DNA of 64,000 nucleotides, from the IMG/VR virus record IMGVR_UViG_3300021387_000090, positions 1 through 64,000 of that record. One strand, 5' to 3'. Each line of letters opens with the position of its first letter. The first letter of the stretch is position 1. A model generated the notes under the pieces. That model searched no databases. It worked only from the letters and a program-made list of their open reading frames with translations, and was not told the origin of the DNA. A program made the translations under genes and the position numbers. Shown here piece after piece: positions 30,801 through 39,680 of the stretch. The DNA is from a virus (lineage: Duplodnaviria > Caudoviricetes).

Positions 30801-33100
30801 ATTTGCCTACATTATATGCGGATACTCAAGGTAATATTACTTTGACAGGTGCTGTAACGGCTACTTCGTTGGATCTTACGACTAATAATGTTAAGATTGG
30901 TGCATCTAGTGTAAACGGTTTGGCTACAGTGGCTACATCTGGTAAAGCTTCAGATCTAAGTGGGCTGGCTACAGTAGCAACTTCAGGGAAACTATCAGAT
31001 CTTGACGGTAGTGGGAGCATTTTATATCGTGGGGATATTTCAATAACAGAATCTACTTCAGAAAATGTTACAACAACAACCTTTAAATATTACGATACAT
31101 CTGGTAATCTAGTTACTAAAACAACTAAAACCAATTCTGCGGGTAAATATGTATTATTAGATATTCCGAAAGGTACTTTACCTGATGATGGAGCCACTAG
31201 TAGCAGTACTACAGGTATTATGATTAGTACTGCTGGACTGCTTAAAGCTAGCAATGCATTAATATATGGTACGGTTTATGCTCATGATGGCATATTTACT
31301 GGGAAATTATATGCTAATGGTGGATACATTGGTAATAATGCAACTAATAAAATAGCCATTGGCACTAATACTACTAATGCGGCTATATATTCTGGTACTC
31401 ATTCTTCTTATAATTCGGCAACTAATGGTTTTTATATTGGTGCTGATTATATTTCTTTAGGAAATGGGGCAAAAGTATGGTTCAAAAACGATGGCACTTT
31501 TAGTTTAGGTGGTGGGTCAATTACATATAACGGCTCGACTCTTAGTTTTGGAAGCGGGGTAACTATTTCTTGGACACAAATTACTGATAAATCTAATGTT
31601 GCAAATAAAAGTGATATTCCAACTGATGTTAATCAATTATCTGATGCTAGTGGTCAAAAATGGAGTACAACTGTTGGTAATAATTGGATAAAAACTTCAT
31701 CTGTTTATGCTCAAAATTTGCAAGTAAATTCAGCTAAAATTCAAGGAACTATTACAGCAGATGCAGTTGTAGCCAATATTTCTATATCCTCTCCTACTAT
31801 CACTGGTGGAAGTATTGGAATAGGTACAAAAGTAAATAATGTTTATCCTTTCCAAGTTACTAGTAGTGGAGTATTAACTGCAACTGGAGCAATGATATCT
31901 GGCGATATTACGGCAACAAATTTAACCGCTACTAACACAGGAACAATTGGGCCTTGGAATTTAAGTAGTAGTGGATTAGCCAAAGGCAATTTAATAAAAA
32001 TAACCAAAGAAGAATTATTTTTATCCACAAATCAGAATAAAGCCCAAGATTCTATATATTTAAAAGTGGGCGGTGGAAGAAATTGTATTTCTGTATTTGG
32101 TAATAAAGCAGACGATTCAGCGGCAGTAGGGAATCATATACATTTAGGATGGCTTAATCATATTGATGATGTAACTGGTCAAAAGGAAAGTGATTATACT
32201 TATGCGGGTTGGGGTGTTTATTGTTCAACAGATTTAAATTTGATTAGTAATTCCATTGTAAAAATTCATTTGTCGAGTGGTAGTAACAGTATATTAGATA
32301 CAGAGTATATTAGACTTTCAAGGCTTACTGGTGTTATGATTGGTTCAAATGTTGACGTAGAAATAAATAGCAATAAAGACGTAAGTATAAGTGGTACAAA
32401 TAATGTATCTGTATCAAGTGACAAAAATGCTTCATTGCATGGAACTACTACCTCTATTTCTGGAAATACAATTAATCTTAGTGCTTCAAAAGAATTGTCA
32501 ATAGATTCTTTATATACGGGTCTTATTAGCTTTTCTAGTAATTATTTAGACACAAATACATTACAAAACAGAAAAATAGAAATCGCCATTGATGGTGATA
32601 AGCAATCACTTCGTCCTAGATTAAATGCAACGTCATCTGTTACTGGCTATTATTTAGGAACTGCTAATTTTCGGTGGGATACAATTTACGCAAAAAATAG
32701 TACTATATCCACATCCGATCAAAAGGATAAAGATATTTTAGGTGATATTCCTTTCGCTAAACAATTGATTATGTCTTTACAACCTAAAACTTATATGTGG
32801 AAAGATGGAGATCATAGGCGAACTCGTATGGGGTTTGTTGCACAGGATGTAGCTTCTTCATGTAAAAATATGAACGAGAATCTTGCGCTATTTACGGCTT
32901 CATATATACCAGATCCTGAGTTAGGTGAAAATGATCCTATTTTGGATCAGGACTATTTTGGCGAAAATGTAGATGATAATAAATTAATATGGGGCTTATC
33001 TTATCATGAATTTATTGCCCCTATGGTTGCTGTGATTCAACAGCAACAACAAGATATTGATACTTTAAAGCAAGAAATAAAACTCCTTAAAGGAGAATAA
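27884..33100 (+). CDS. tail tip/hub (Tal-like) protein fused to a fibre, with C-terminal peptidase S74 chaperone
   Basis: Follows the tape measure; FEVGNWIH..LRLLSY hub-like segment; CNNDNC/CPYCG Zn-ribbon; beta-rich fibre region; TSDQKDK...GFVAQDV...LSYHEFIAP. Confidence 0.75.
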   Translation: MSKLSFTKDNRIEDFTFIIARKDFYKHGIIKGTDVNYKSNFNGPDEISLRVYKNDVLADNLWDRINDYNILIVPELGDDGFFEMDVDLNEDSEGLSKTITGTSLAEAELSHSKIYNYEVNTEAERINDKEWNANYLTVLYRDLSQYESDPDQYKKMKHVSLLHRLLDKLPNYTIAHVDATLLSLTEWYQFSWDDTDVYSILTGDVAEQYHVYFKFNSRYRTISVYDLYSVCNNDNCSYRTKMLEDRNITTRYRGDFRDKCPYCGSTNVTNGYGKFTKILVSKDNLTTSASVASNKDSLINSFKIKSGDDLMDAAVMNQNPNGSNYIYQFSEENKAEMPPELVSTLEAYNVEYDKYYNGDVASGKGIYSFTSAQISAYNALIDRITGHFTEKTLKDFIKLKSPYIGYQSLAAQYYSVLDLLAFFETSMTPDVETNHDSLEYTKALLEADGALTPLAVMDPSSSYQNNIENAVLQSANCIINTALYDLKVNTNSWTHASSQSGTGTWKGTITIETIEYKNTEEAAENTTTTKELTLTITGDVTTYVKQRVEKLIARKDAKIKPLTDLTEFAIESDSPEAQAAYKEQLHYYSLNILEKIVEPAFEDVLSIVQDSGNRINELYYKIYYDRTQFIQDEIVRRQKEVNLIKSIKDIFDTYRNATKNALNFQNFLGTDLYNMFCNYRREDTYSNQNYISDTLTNNEIMRRAGDLLDTAQKELYKASNLQFEVSGSLNNLLALPEFAPIRDEFEVGNWIHMSVADKIYNLRLLSYQINFNELQSIDVEFSTVEKIWSGASDIQSVLKSAGSIAGSYSNTQSQVRQYADPVAQVKGWVDKGLEATKTKFVDDNTTQEIVYDSSGFYARGYDEITGTYLKQQIKINKNGLYTTKNNWKTIDAGIGAISYYNPDNGEYIDDYGVIAKTVVGKLFLGEKLKIYSGDGTSVAKMTMDGNGLVVTNGTASVKIDPNASNIFQILKGNLPTLYADTQGNITLTGAVTATSLDLTTNNVKIGASSVNGLATVATSGKASDLSGLATVATSGKLSDLDGSGSILYRGDISITESTSENVTTTTFKYYDTSGNLVTKTTKTNSAGKYVLLDIPKGTLPDDGATSSSTTGIMISTAGLLKASNALIYGTVYAHDGIFTGKLYANGGYIGNNATNKIAIGTNTTNAAIYSGTHSSYNSATNGFYIGADYISLGNGAKVWFKNDGTFSLGGGSITYNGSTLSFGSGVTISWTQITDKSNVANKSDIPTDVNQLSDASGQKWSTTVGNNWIKTSSVYAQNLQVNSAKIQGTITADAVVANISISSPTITGGSIGIGTKVNNVYPFQVTSSGVLTATGAMISGDITATNLTATNTGTIGPWNLSSSGLAKGNLIKITKEELFLSTNQNKAQDSIYLKVGGGRNCISVFGNKADDSAAVGNHIHLGWLNHIDDVTGQKESDYTYAGWGVYCSTDLNLISNSIVKIHLSSGSNSILDTEYIRLSRLTGVMIGSNVDVEINSNKDVSISGTNNVSVSSDKNASLHGTTTSISGNTINLSASKELSIDSLYTGLISFSSNYLDTNTLQNRKIEIAIDGDKQSLRPRLNATSSVTGYYLGTANFRWDTIYAKNSTISTSDQKDKDILGDIPFAKQLIMSLQPKTYMWKDGDHRRTRMGFVAQDVASSCKNMNENLALFTASYIPDPELGENDPILDQDYFGENVDDNKLIWGLSYHEFIAPMVAVIQQQQQDIDTLKQEIKLLKGE
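30917..31003 (+). repeat. 15-aa tandem duplication GLATVATSGK(A/L)SDL
   Basis: Two adjacent copies with synonymous divergence. Confidence 0.8.
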
Positions 33101-33103
33101 TTA

Positions 33104-33523
33104 ATGGAACAAAAGGAGGAAAATACCATGGAATTAAAGGGTGTTAGAATTTTAGAGATTAATGATGTTTTCGGAAAGATTGCAAATGCTGATGTTGATA
33201 TTAAAACAGCTATTTGTATAGCTAATAATCTTAAGGTTCTTGAAACGCCTGTGAAGATTTTACGGGATAAGCAGAGAGATTTACTTGATAAGTACGGTGA
33301 GAAGGATGCCGATGGTAATCTTGTAGAAGTAGACAATGGTATCAGGATTACCAATATGGCTGAATTTGTGCCTCAGATGGAAGAGATCATGGGTACGGAT
33401 ATTGAAGTAGATCTGAAGAAAATTAAATTATCAGCATTGGAAAATATAAAGATTTCAGCAAATGATATTCGTGTTTTGAATGGAATCATTGAAGATGAGG
33501 AAGACACCAAAACCGAAGAATAA
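33104..33523 (+). CDS. hypothetical tail protein/chaperone
   Basis: LLDKYGEKDADGNL motif common in phage tail-region proteins; the start may instead be ATG 33128 after AAGGAGG. Confidence 0.6.
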   Translation: MEQKEENTMELKGVRILEINDVFGKIANADVDIKTAICIANNLKVLETPVKILRDKQRDLLDKYGEKDADGNLVEVDNGIRITNMAEFVPQMEEIMGTDIEVDLKKIKLSALENIKISANDIRVLNGIIEDEEDTKTEE

Positions 33524-33542
33524 AGAAAGGGTTAAATAAATT

Positions 33543-34352
33543 ATGTATGCTACAGATTTTGAATTTGATGGCAAACGGCTGTCTGACTTTGGATATGTCA
33601 TAGCGTCTTTTGATGATAGCGGTGACGGGGCAGCAATGTCGGGTGCGAACATTAGTCTGTCCACATCTTCAAGTCTGGGGAATGAGCGTTTTGATTTATT
33701 TAATGTGACCTACAATGAGCCATATACTATTACTTTTACAATCATGAAAGATCCGTGTATATCTGGCGATCAAGAAGATATGTATTTATCTCCTATTGAA
33801 GTATCTGCTTTACAAAGATGGTTATGTAGGAAAAATCATTATTGTAAATTTAAAATAGATCAAGACGAATATGAAAACATATATTGGATGGGTACATTTA
33901 CAAGCCAACAGTATGTTATGAATGGGCATATTATTGGTTTGGAATTAACCTTTACTGCTGATAGTCCTTATGGACATATTGATAAAATAAATTTGGATTA
34001 TACCGTTTCTGCAAATGGAAATTTTGTAGTTGTGGATGCTTCGGAAGAAGAAGGGTATATTTATCCGAATTTGGTAATCAAATTAAATTCAGCAGGAAAT
34101 TTAACAATTACGAATTCTAGAGATACAAAAATCACAAGGATAAATAATTGTACAGCGAATGAAACTATCACAATTGATGGTGAGCATTTAATTATAAAGA
34201 CTTCAGTGTCTGGTCACGATCTTGGGAAAGATTTCAATTATATTTTCCCAAGGATCATAAACACTGTTGAAGACGTAACTAATACATTTAATAGTAATCT
34301 TGCATGTTCTGTTAAGATGACTTACGCTCCAGCTATTAAGACTGGTATTTAA
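33543..34352 (+). CDS. distal tail protein (Dit)-like
   Basis: DFEFDGKRLSDFG, LQRWL, LTFTADSPYG, YIYP motifs typical of Dit. Confidence 0.75.
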   Translation: MYATDFEFDGKRLSDFGYVIASFDDSGDGAAMSGANISLSTSSSLGNERFDLFNVTYNEPYTITFTIMKDPCISGDQEDMYLSPIEVSALQRWLCRKNHYCKFKIDQDEYENIYWMGTFTSQQYVMNGHIIGLELTFTADSPYGHIDKINLDYTVSANGNFVVVDASEEEGYIYPNLVIKLNSAGNLTITNSRDTKITRINNCTANETITIDGEHLIIKTSVSGHDLGKDFNYIFPRIINTVEDVTNTFNSNLACSVKMTYAPAIKTGI

Positions 34353-34368
34353 GAAAGTAGGTGAGAAC

Positions 34369-35334
34369 ATGATTGTAACACATAATATTAATTTGGATCT
34401 AAGATCTGAATATATGTTAGGAATTAAAATACCACAGTATACTAAAGATTCACATAAATTAGTGGTTACTGTAAGCGATAATGGGACACCGAAGACTTTT
34501 AATATCAGTAATGAAACAGCTAAGTTTAAAGCGAATACTCCGGGTGAACATTATTATTATTTGGATACTACATTGACTGCAAATAATATTACTATCACTT
34601 TACCAAAAGAGATAAGCGCTTTTGCAGGACGAGTTCAAGCTTTGTTTGAGATCAGTAATAGCGCAGAAAATAGTATCCAAGCTACTATGAAGTTCTATAT
34701 TATAGTAACTCCTAGTGCTTATGATGAAGATGCTGTAGTAAACTCTGATATTTTTACATCATTAACACAACGATTAAATCAAGTAGATGCTTTAATTACA
34801 ACAGCGAATACTAAATTAGCCTCTTTAAACCGCTCAATTAATGAAATGAATACGTTATTAACAACCACTGAAAGAAATGTAACACAAAAAATGGCTGAAG
34901 TCGATACTACTGTTTCAAATAAAATGTCTAGCGTTGATAATACTATTACTGCTAAAATGTCTTCTGTGGATACTACTGTTTCAAATAAAATGGATGCTGT
35001 GGATACTGTAGTAGATAATAAATTAGACAGTTATGATACAGCAATTGCTGATAAGATTGCAGATGTTAATACTACTTTAACGGACGCTGAAACTGCCGTT
35101 GACAATAAACTAGATGAAATAGATGCCACAGCAACTCAGAGATTATCAGCTTTCGATACGCAAGTACAAAATAAGCTTGACAATATTGATACTTTGGTTC
35201 AAGCAAAGACAGCAGAAATGGACGCTCTATTAGCAGAACTTGATAGTACAACCACAAGTTTAGATTGGCTCAATAGTACAGATAAAATAATTGATTCTAA
35301 AATTGTTGATAGAGGGGTGAATGATAATGAATGA
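34369..35334 (+). CDS. BppU-like baseplate upper protein with coiled coil
   Basis: INLDL..KIPQY.KDSHKLVVTVSDNG...AFAGRVQALFEI N-terminal domain; follows Dit. Confidence 0.7.
   Translation: MIVTHNINLDLRSEYMLGIKIPQYTKDSHKLVVTVSDNGTPKTFNISNETAKFKANTPGEHYYYLDTTLTANNITITLPKEISAFAGRVQALFEISNSAENSIQATMKFYIIVTPSAYDEDAVVNSDIFTSLTQRLNQVDALITTANTKLASLNRSINEMNTLLTTTERNVTQKMAEVDTTVSNKMSSVDNTITAKMSSVDTTVSNKMDAVDTVVDNKLDSYDTAIADKIADVNTTLTDAETAVDNKLDEIDATATQRLSAFDTQVQNKLDNIDTLVQAKTAEMDALLAELDSTTTSLDWLNSTDKIIDSKIVDRGVNDNE
34888..35085 (+). repeat. six 33-nt (11-aa) tandem repeats, consensus KMSSVDTTVSN
   Basis: aaaatggctgaagtcgatactactgtttcaaat / aaaatgtcttctgtggatactactgtttcaaat and related copies; hendecad coiled-coil periodicity. 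Confidence 0.8.
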
Positions 35335-35929
35335 ACAGACTAGATTTTTTACGACTCAAAAATATAAAATTGCTGGGAATGTTGCAACGGGAGTTATTAA
35401 CGAAAATGATTTTGTTATAACAACTGATACACATGAGTTATATTTTGTAGATTCTCAGAAAAATATTATTCCTATTACAACAACTAAGGAATTAATTGGA
35501 TTAGAGAATGTCACTAATACTAGGCAGATAAATGGTCGAGCCTCTGGTACTGTACCAAATCATGTTGTGGTATGGGGTGCAAACGGTTACACCGTAGAAG
35601 ATAGTGGATTTACTATTGCGTCCAATGTTCCCGCAAATGCAAAATTTACAGATACAACCTATGGACTTGCTACTATTTATGGTAGTGGATTAATGTCTGG
35701 GTTTGATAAAGAAAAATTGAACGGTATTGAAGAAGGTGCAAAGGCCAATGTACGTTCAGATTGGAACGCTACAACTGGTGATGCAGTTATTTTAAATAAG
35801 CCCACTATTCCTACTGATAATGCAGAATTGACTAATGGTGCTGGGTATATTACACAGGAGCAAGCATCTGCTTTAATTACAGAAATTATTGAAAATATGA
35901 ATGGTGATAATTTGGAGTATGGATCTTAA
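35321..35929 (+). CDS. tail fibre adaptor protein
   Basis: VPANAKFTDTTY, GLMS..DKEKLNGIEEGA, SDWN, ILNKPTIP, LTNGAGYIT fibre motifs. Confidence 0.7.
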   Translation: MIMNEQTRFFTTQKYKIAGNVATGVINENDFVITTDTHELYFVDSQKNIIPITTTKELIGLENVTNTRQINGRASGTVPNHVVVWGANGYTVEDSGFTIASNVPANAKFTDTTYGLATIYGSGLMSGFDKEKLNGIEEGAKANVRSDWNATTGDAVILNKPTIPTDNAELTNGAGYITQEQASALITEIIENMNGDNLEYGS

Positions 35930-35949
35930 CTAGATAAGGAGGTGGTTAA

Positions 35950-38631
35950 ATGTCTCAAAAGGTATTAATTACTAAACAAAAATTAGATGATTTAGCGAAC
36001 GCCATCGCTTATAAAAGTGGAAGATCAGGTGCAATGACTATAAATGAAATGAGTAATGTCGTTGCAGATATTAAAACTAATCCAGAGTTACAAGAAAAAA
36101 GCGTATCACCTACTGAATCAACTATTATAGTAACTGCTGATAATGGATATGATGGATTATCAGAAGTCACAGTGAATGGAATAAATTCAGAATATGTTGG
36201 AAGTAACATACCTAGAAGAACTATTACTGATTTAAATGGAGAATATGAAAATAGCGAATATCATGTAAATGTGCCAAATGGATATTATGCAAACGATCTT
36301 GCTTATGAAGTGGCATCTGGTGTTGAAGGAACGCCTAGTGCTATAAAAGGGGAAGTAGATAATCATATTATAACTATTACGCCCTCTGTAACTAATACCG
36401 AAGGATATATTTTAGGAGGGACAAAGAGTGGTAGTGCTGTAACTGTTAGTGTAGATGAATTGGTATCTGGCACTCAAACTGTTAATGAAAATGGAACGTA
36501 TGATGTAATCTCTTTGGCTGAAATGGTTGTAGATGTTGAAGCAAGCAGCGATGAAGCTTCAATTGTTGATGGAATAGCAATGAAAGCTTATAGTAATGCA
36601 ATTGGAAGAAGTGCGAGTTTTGTTGCTGATGAAGTATTTATGTCTAATAGTATAATAACTATTGCTAGTTTTCCTTTAGCATCTGATATTGGAGTGAGCG
36701 CATTTTGGAGTTGTCCAAATTTACAAAAAGTGGATTGCGCCTCTGTTATGCATATTAGAAGTAGTGCTTTTGAATATTGTTCGAACTTGAGTACAATAAA
36801 TGTTCCAAATGTTCGTTATATAGATCAAGAATGCTTCTATGGTTGTTCTTTATTATCCGAAATAAGCTTTCCAAATTTGTTAAGTGCTGGGGGTAATGCT
36901 TTTGGATATTGTAATAACTTATCATCTGTAAACCTTCCAATGTTAACCAGTGCGGAAGCAGGACTATTTAATGGATGTAGGAATTTAAGTAATTTAACTC
37001 TTCCTGCACTAACCACAATACCATCATATTTTGCAAATTATAATTCGGGGCTTATGTCCATCTCATTCCCCGCAGCTTCATATATTGGAGCAAGTGCCTT
37101 TACTCAAGATAGCAATTTAACAAACATAAATATACCTATTACTACTTATATTGGTTCGTCTGCGTTCGCATATTGTTCAAAATTAACAGAAATAAATTTT
37201 TCAATGGTCACACAAATAGGAGAAGCCGCATTTTATCAATGTTCTGCATTAACAACTGCTAGTTTACCGATTGTTGAAACAATTGAAACAGGTGCTTTTA
37301 GTGCTTGTTATCAATTGTCAAACATTTATATGCCTTTGGTAAATTATATTGGTGATTATGCTTTTGCTAACTGTATGCAATTAACATCTTTTAACGGCCC
37401 CCAAGTTTCAACTATTAGAGATTTTGCTTTTGCGGGTTGTTCCAATTTAACGAGTGTTAATCTTCCAAATGTTTCGGGAATACCCAGTAGTTGTTTTCAA
37501 CAATGTTCTAAGTTGGAAACGGTGAATTTATCTACGGGTTACGGTATAGGGGATTATGCATTTGCTGGGTGTCGAAGTTTAACTTCTATATTTGCTCCGA
37601 ATTTAGCATATATTGGAAGTTGGGCATTTCGAGATTGTATTAACTTATCAGTTGCTGATTTTTCATCAGTTACTCAAATTTCCAGTTATGCATTTATGTA
37701 TTGTAATAATTTAACCACTGTTAGTTTTCCTCTTTTAAGTGAATTGAAATCAAGTGTTTTTGCTGATTGTTATAATTTAACAAATATAAATTTACCAAAC
37801 CTTGAATCAATTGGAGATCGTGCTTTTAGTGGTTGCTCTTCATTAAAAAATGTGTCATTTCCTTCTGTATCATATGTAGGCATTGCTGCTTTTGGTTCGT
37901 GCTTGTCTCTAGTTAGTGTAAATCTTCCTGTAGCTACTACAATTAGCAATGCAGCCTTTAATGGGTGCCGAAATTTAACAACGGTAAGCTTGCCCATGGT
38001 TACGGCGCTTGGTTCCAAAGTGTTTCAAGGTTGCTCTAATTTGTCTACGTTGTCTTTCCCGGCTCTTACGACAATTAGTGGTAATACATTCATAGGAAAT
38101 CAAGATATTGTTAATCTGGACTTTTCGATAGTTACAACAATTTCTAGTTATGCTTTTCAGGGATGTACAAAATTATCAAAGATAGTTGCACCTCTTTTAA
38201 CACTAATTGGGTCATTTGGTTTTAGTAACTGTATTAATTTAAACGATCTATCTTTCCCGGCATTAACAACTATTAGTGCAAGTGCTTTTGCTTATTGTTT
38301 TGCACTTAGTAATGTAAATTTCCCCAAAGTTACGACTATTTATAATAATGCCTTTGAACATTGTTCAAGTTTAACAGAGATTAGTCTTCCCACTGTTCAG
38401 TATATTGGAACAGGCGTTTTTAGTCAATGTCAGAATCTTATTTCAGTAAATTTAGTAGGTATATCTTCAGTTCCTACTCTTGCTAATATTAATGTTTTTC
38501 AATCTACGCCAATGAGTATATCTATATATACAAGTGGTTATGGTAGTATTTATGTTCCAGCAAGTTTATATTCTAATTTCCTGACCGCTCAATATTGGTC
38601 ATATTATAGCAACAGAATGGTTTCTGTTTAA
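35950..38631 (+). CDS. BspA/TpLRR-type leucine-rich repeat virion protein
   Basis: About 27 repeats of ~22 aa (IG..AF..C..L..V.LP), C-cap IYVPASLY...W, phage fibre-type N-terminus LDDLANAI..K.G. Confidence 0.9.
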   Translation: MSQKVLITKQKLDDLANAIAYKSGRSGAMTINEMSNVVADIKTNPELQEKSVSPTESTIIVTADNGYDGLSEVTVNGINSEYVGSNIPRRTITDLNGEYENSEYHVNVPNGYYANDLAYEVASGVEGTPSAIKGEVDNHIITITPSVTNTEGYILGGTKSGSAVTVSVDELVSGTQTVNENGTYDVISLAEMVVDVEASSDEASIVDGIAMKAYSNAIGRSASFVADEVFMSNSIITIASFPLASDIGVSAFWSCPNLQKVDCASVMHIRSSAFEYCSNLSTINVPNVRYIDQECFYGCSLLSEISFPNLLSAGGNAFGYCNNLSSVNLPMLTSAEAGLFNGCRNLSNLTLPALTTIPSYFANYNSGLMSISFPAASYIGASAFTQDSNLTNINIPITTYIGSSAFAYCSKLTEINFSMVTQIGEAAFYQCSALTTASLPIVETIETGAFSACYQLSNIYMPLVNYIGDYAFANCMQLTSFNGPQVSTIRDFAFAGCSNLTSVNLPNVSGIPSSCFQQCSKLETVNLSTGYGIGDYAFAGCRSLTSIFAPNLAYIGSWAFRDCINLSVADFSSVTQISSYAFMYCNNLTTVSFPLLSELKSSVFADCYNLTNINLPNLESIGDRAFSGCSSLKNVSFPSVSYVGIAAFGSCLSLVSVNLPVATTISNAAFNGCRNLTTVSLPMVTALGSKVFQGCSNLSTLSFPALTTISGNTFIGNQDIVNLDFSIVTTISSYAFQGCTKLSKIVAPLLTLIGSFGFSNCINLNDLSFPALTTISASAFAYCFALSNVNFPKVTTIYNNAFEHCSSLTEISLPTVQYIGTGVFSQCQNLISVNLVGISSVPTLANINVFQSTPMSISIYTSGYGSIYVPASLYSNFLTAQYWSYYSNRMVSV

Positions 38632-38659
38632 AATATTGTGAATACGAGGATAATCAAAG

Positions 38660-39631
38660 ATGAAATTACAAATATTAATTCCACATTATAAGGAAAATCC
38701 AGAAGAAATTAAACCACTTCTTGATTCTATTGCTCTTCAGCAGTCAATAGACTTCAAGGAGGTTGGTATAATTATTGCATATGATGGTGAAGAGGCTACT
38801 CCTCTTCCTGTTTGGGATAATTATCCATTTGAGGTAAAACATCTGCATATGCCGCACCAAGGAGTCAGCGCTACGAGAAACGCCGCTCTTGATGCGGCTA
38901 CAGCAGACTATGTTATGTTTTGCGATGCTGATGATATGTTTTGTCATGTGTGTGGTCTTTATATTATATTTAATGAAATGAAGACTGGATTTGATACACT
39001 GGTAAGTGTGTTTATTGAGGAAACAAGACACCCAGAAACGAAAGAACCTATGTATATCAATCATGATATGGACTCTACTTTTGTTCATGGCAAAGTTCAT
39101 AGAAGGGCATATCTGATTGATCGAAATATTAGATTCAATCCAAAACTTACAATTCATGAAGATAGTTATTTTAATATATTGGCACAAAATTTAACTGATA
39201 ATGCTAAATATTGTCCTACGCCTTTTTATCTTTGGAAGTGGCGTGATGCGAGTGTGTGTAGGCATGATAAAAATTACATTTTAAAGACTTACAATAATAT
39301 GCTTGATTCTAATGATGCTTTGGTTAACGAGTTTATGCTTCGTGGTAAAGCGGATAAAGCAAAGTTTTATGTAGGTTTTATGATTTTTGATGCTTATTAC
39401 ACAATGAATAAAAAGGAATGGATTGATCAAGAAAATCAAAAATACCGTAATGCAGTTGAATTGCGATTCTCTGAATACTTTAAAAAATATAAAAGTAAAT
39501 GGAATCAAATTTCAGAAACAGATAAAATGATGATCTCTAATGGAGTTAGAACTAGATCTGTTTCTGAAGGTATGCCAATGGAGAGTATTACAATCAATGC
39601 ATGGTTGGAACATATTGAGCATATAAAATAA
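38660..39631 (+). CDS. family 2 (GT-A) glycosyltransferase
   Basis: ILIPHY, GVSATRNAALDAATADYVMFCDADD (DxD motif), IHED. Confidence 0.88.
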   Translation: MKLQILIPHYKENPEEIKPLLDSIALQQSIDFKEVGIIIAYDGEEATPLPVWDNYPFEVKHLHMPHQGVSATRNAALDAATADYVMFCDADDMFCHVCGLYIIFNEMKTGFDTLVSVFIEETRHPETKEPMYINHDMDSTFVHGKVHRRAYLIDRNIRFNPKLTIHEDSYFNILAQNLTDNAKYCPTPFYLWKWRDASVCRHDKNYILKTYNNMLDSNDALVNEFMLRGKADKAKFYVGFMIFDAYYTMNKKEWIDQENQKYRNAVELRFSEYFKKYKSKWNQISETDKMMISNGVRTRSVSEGMPMESITINAWLEHIEHIK

Positions 39632-39680
39632 CTATTTATTTGTATGAAGCAAAAATAATATAAAAAAGGAGGGATGATAA

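Noticed and set aside
34888-35085. CRISPR-like array
   Set aside because: These are degenerate in-frame 33-nt coding repeats without spacers; no cas genes are present.
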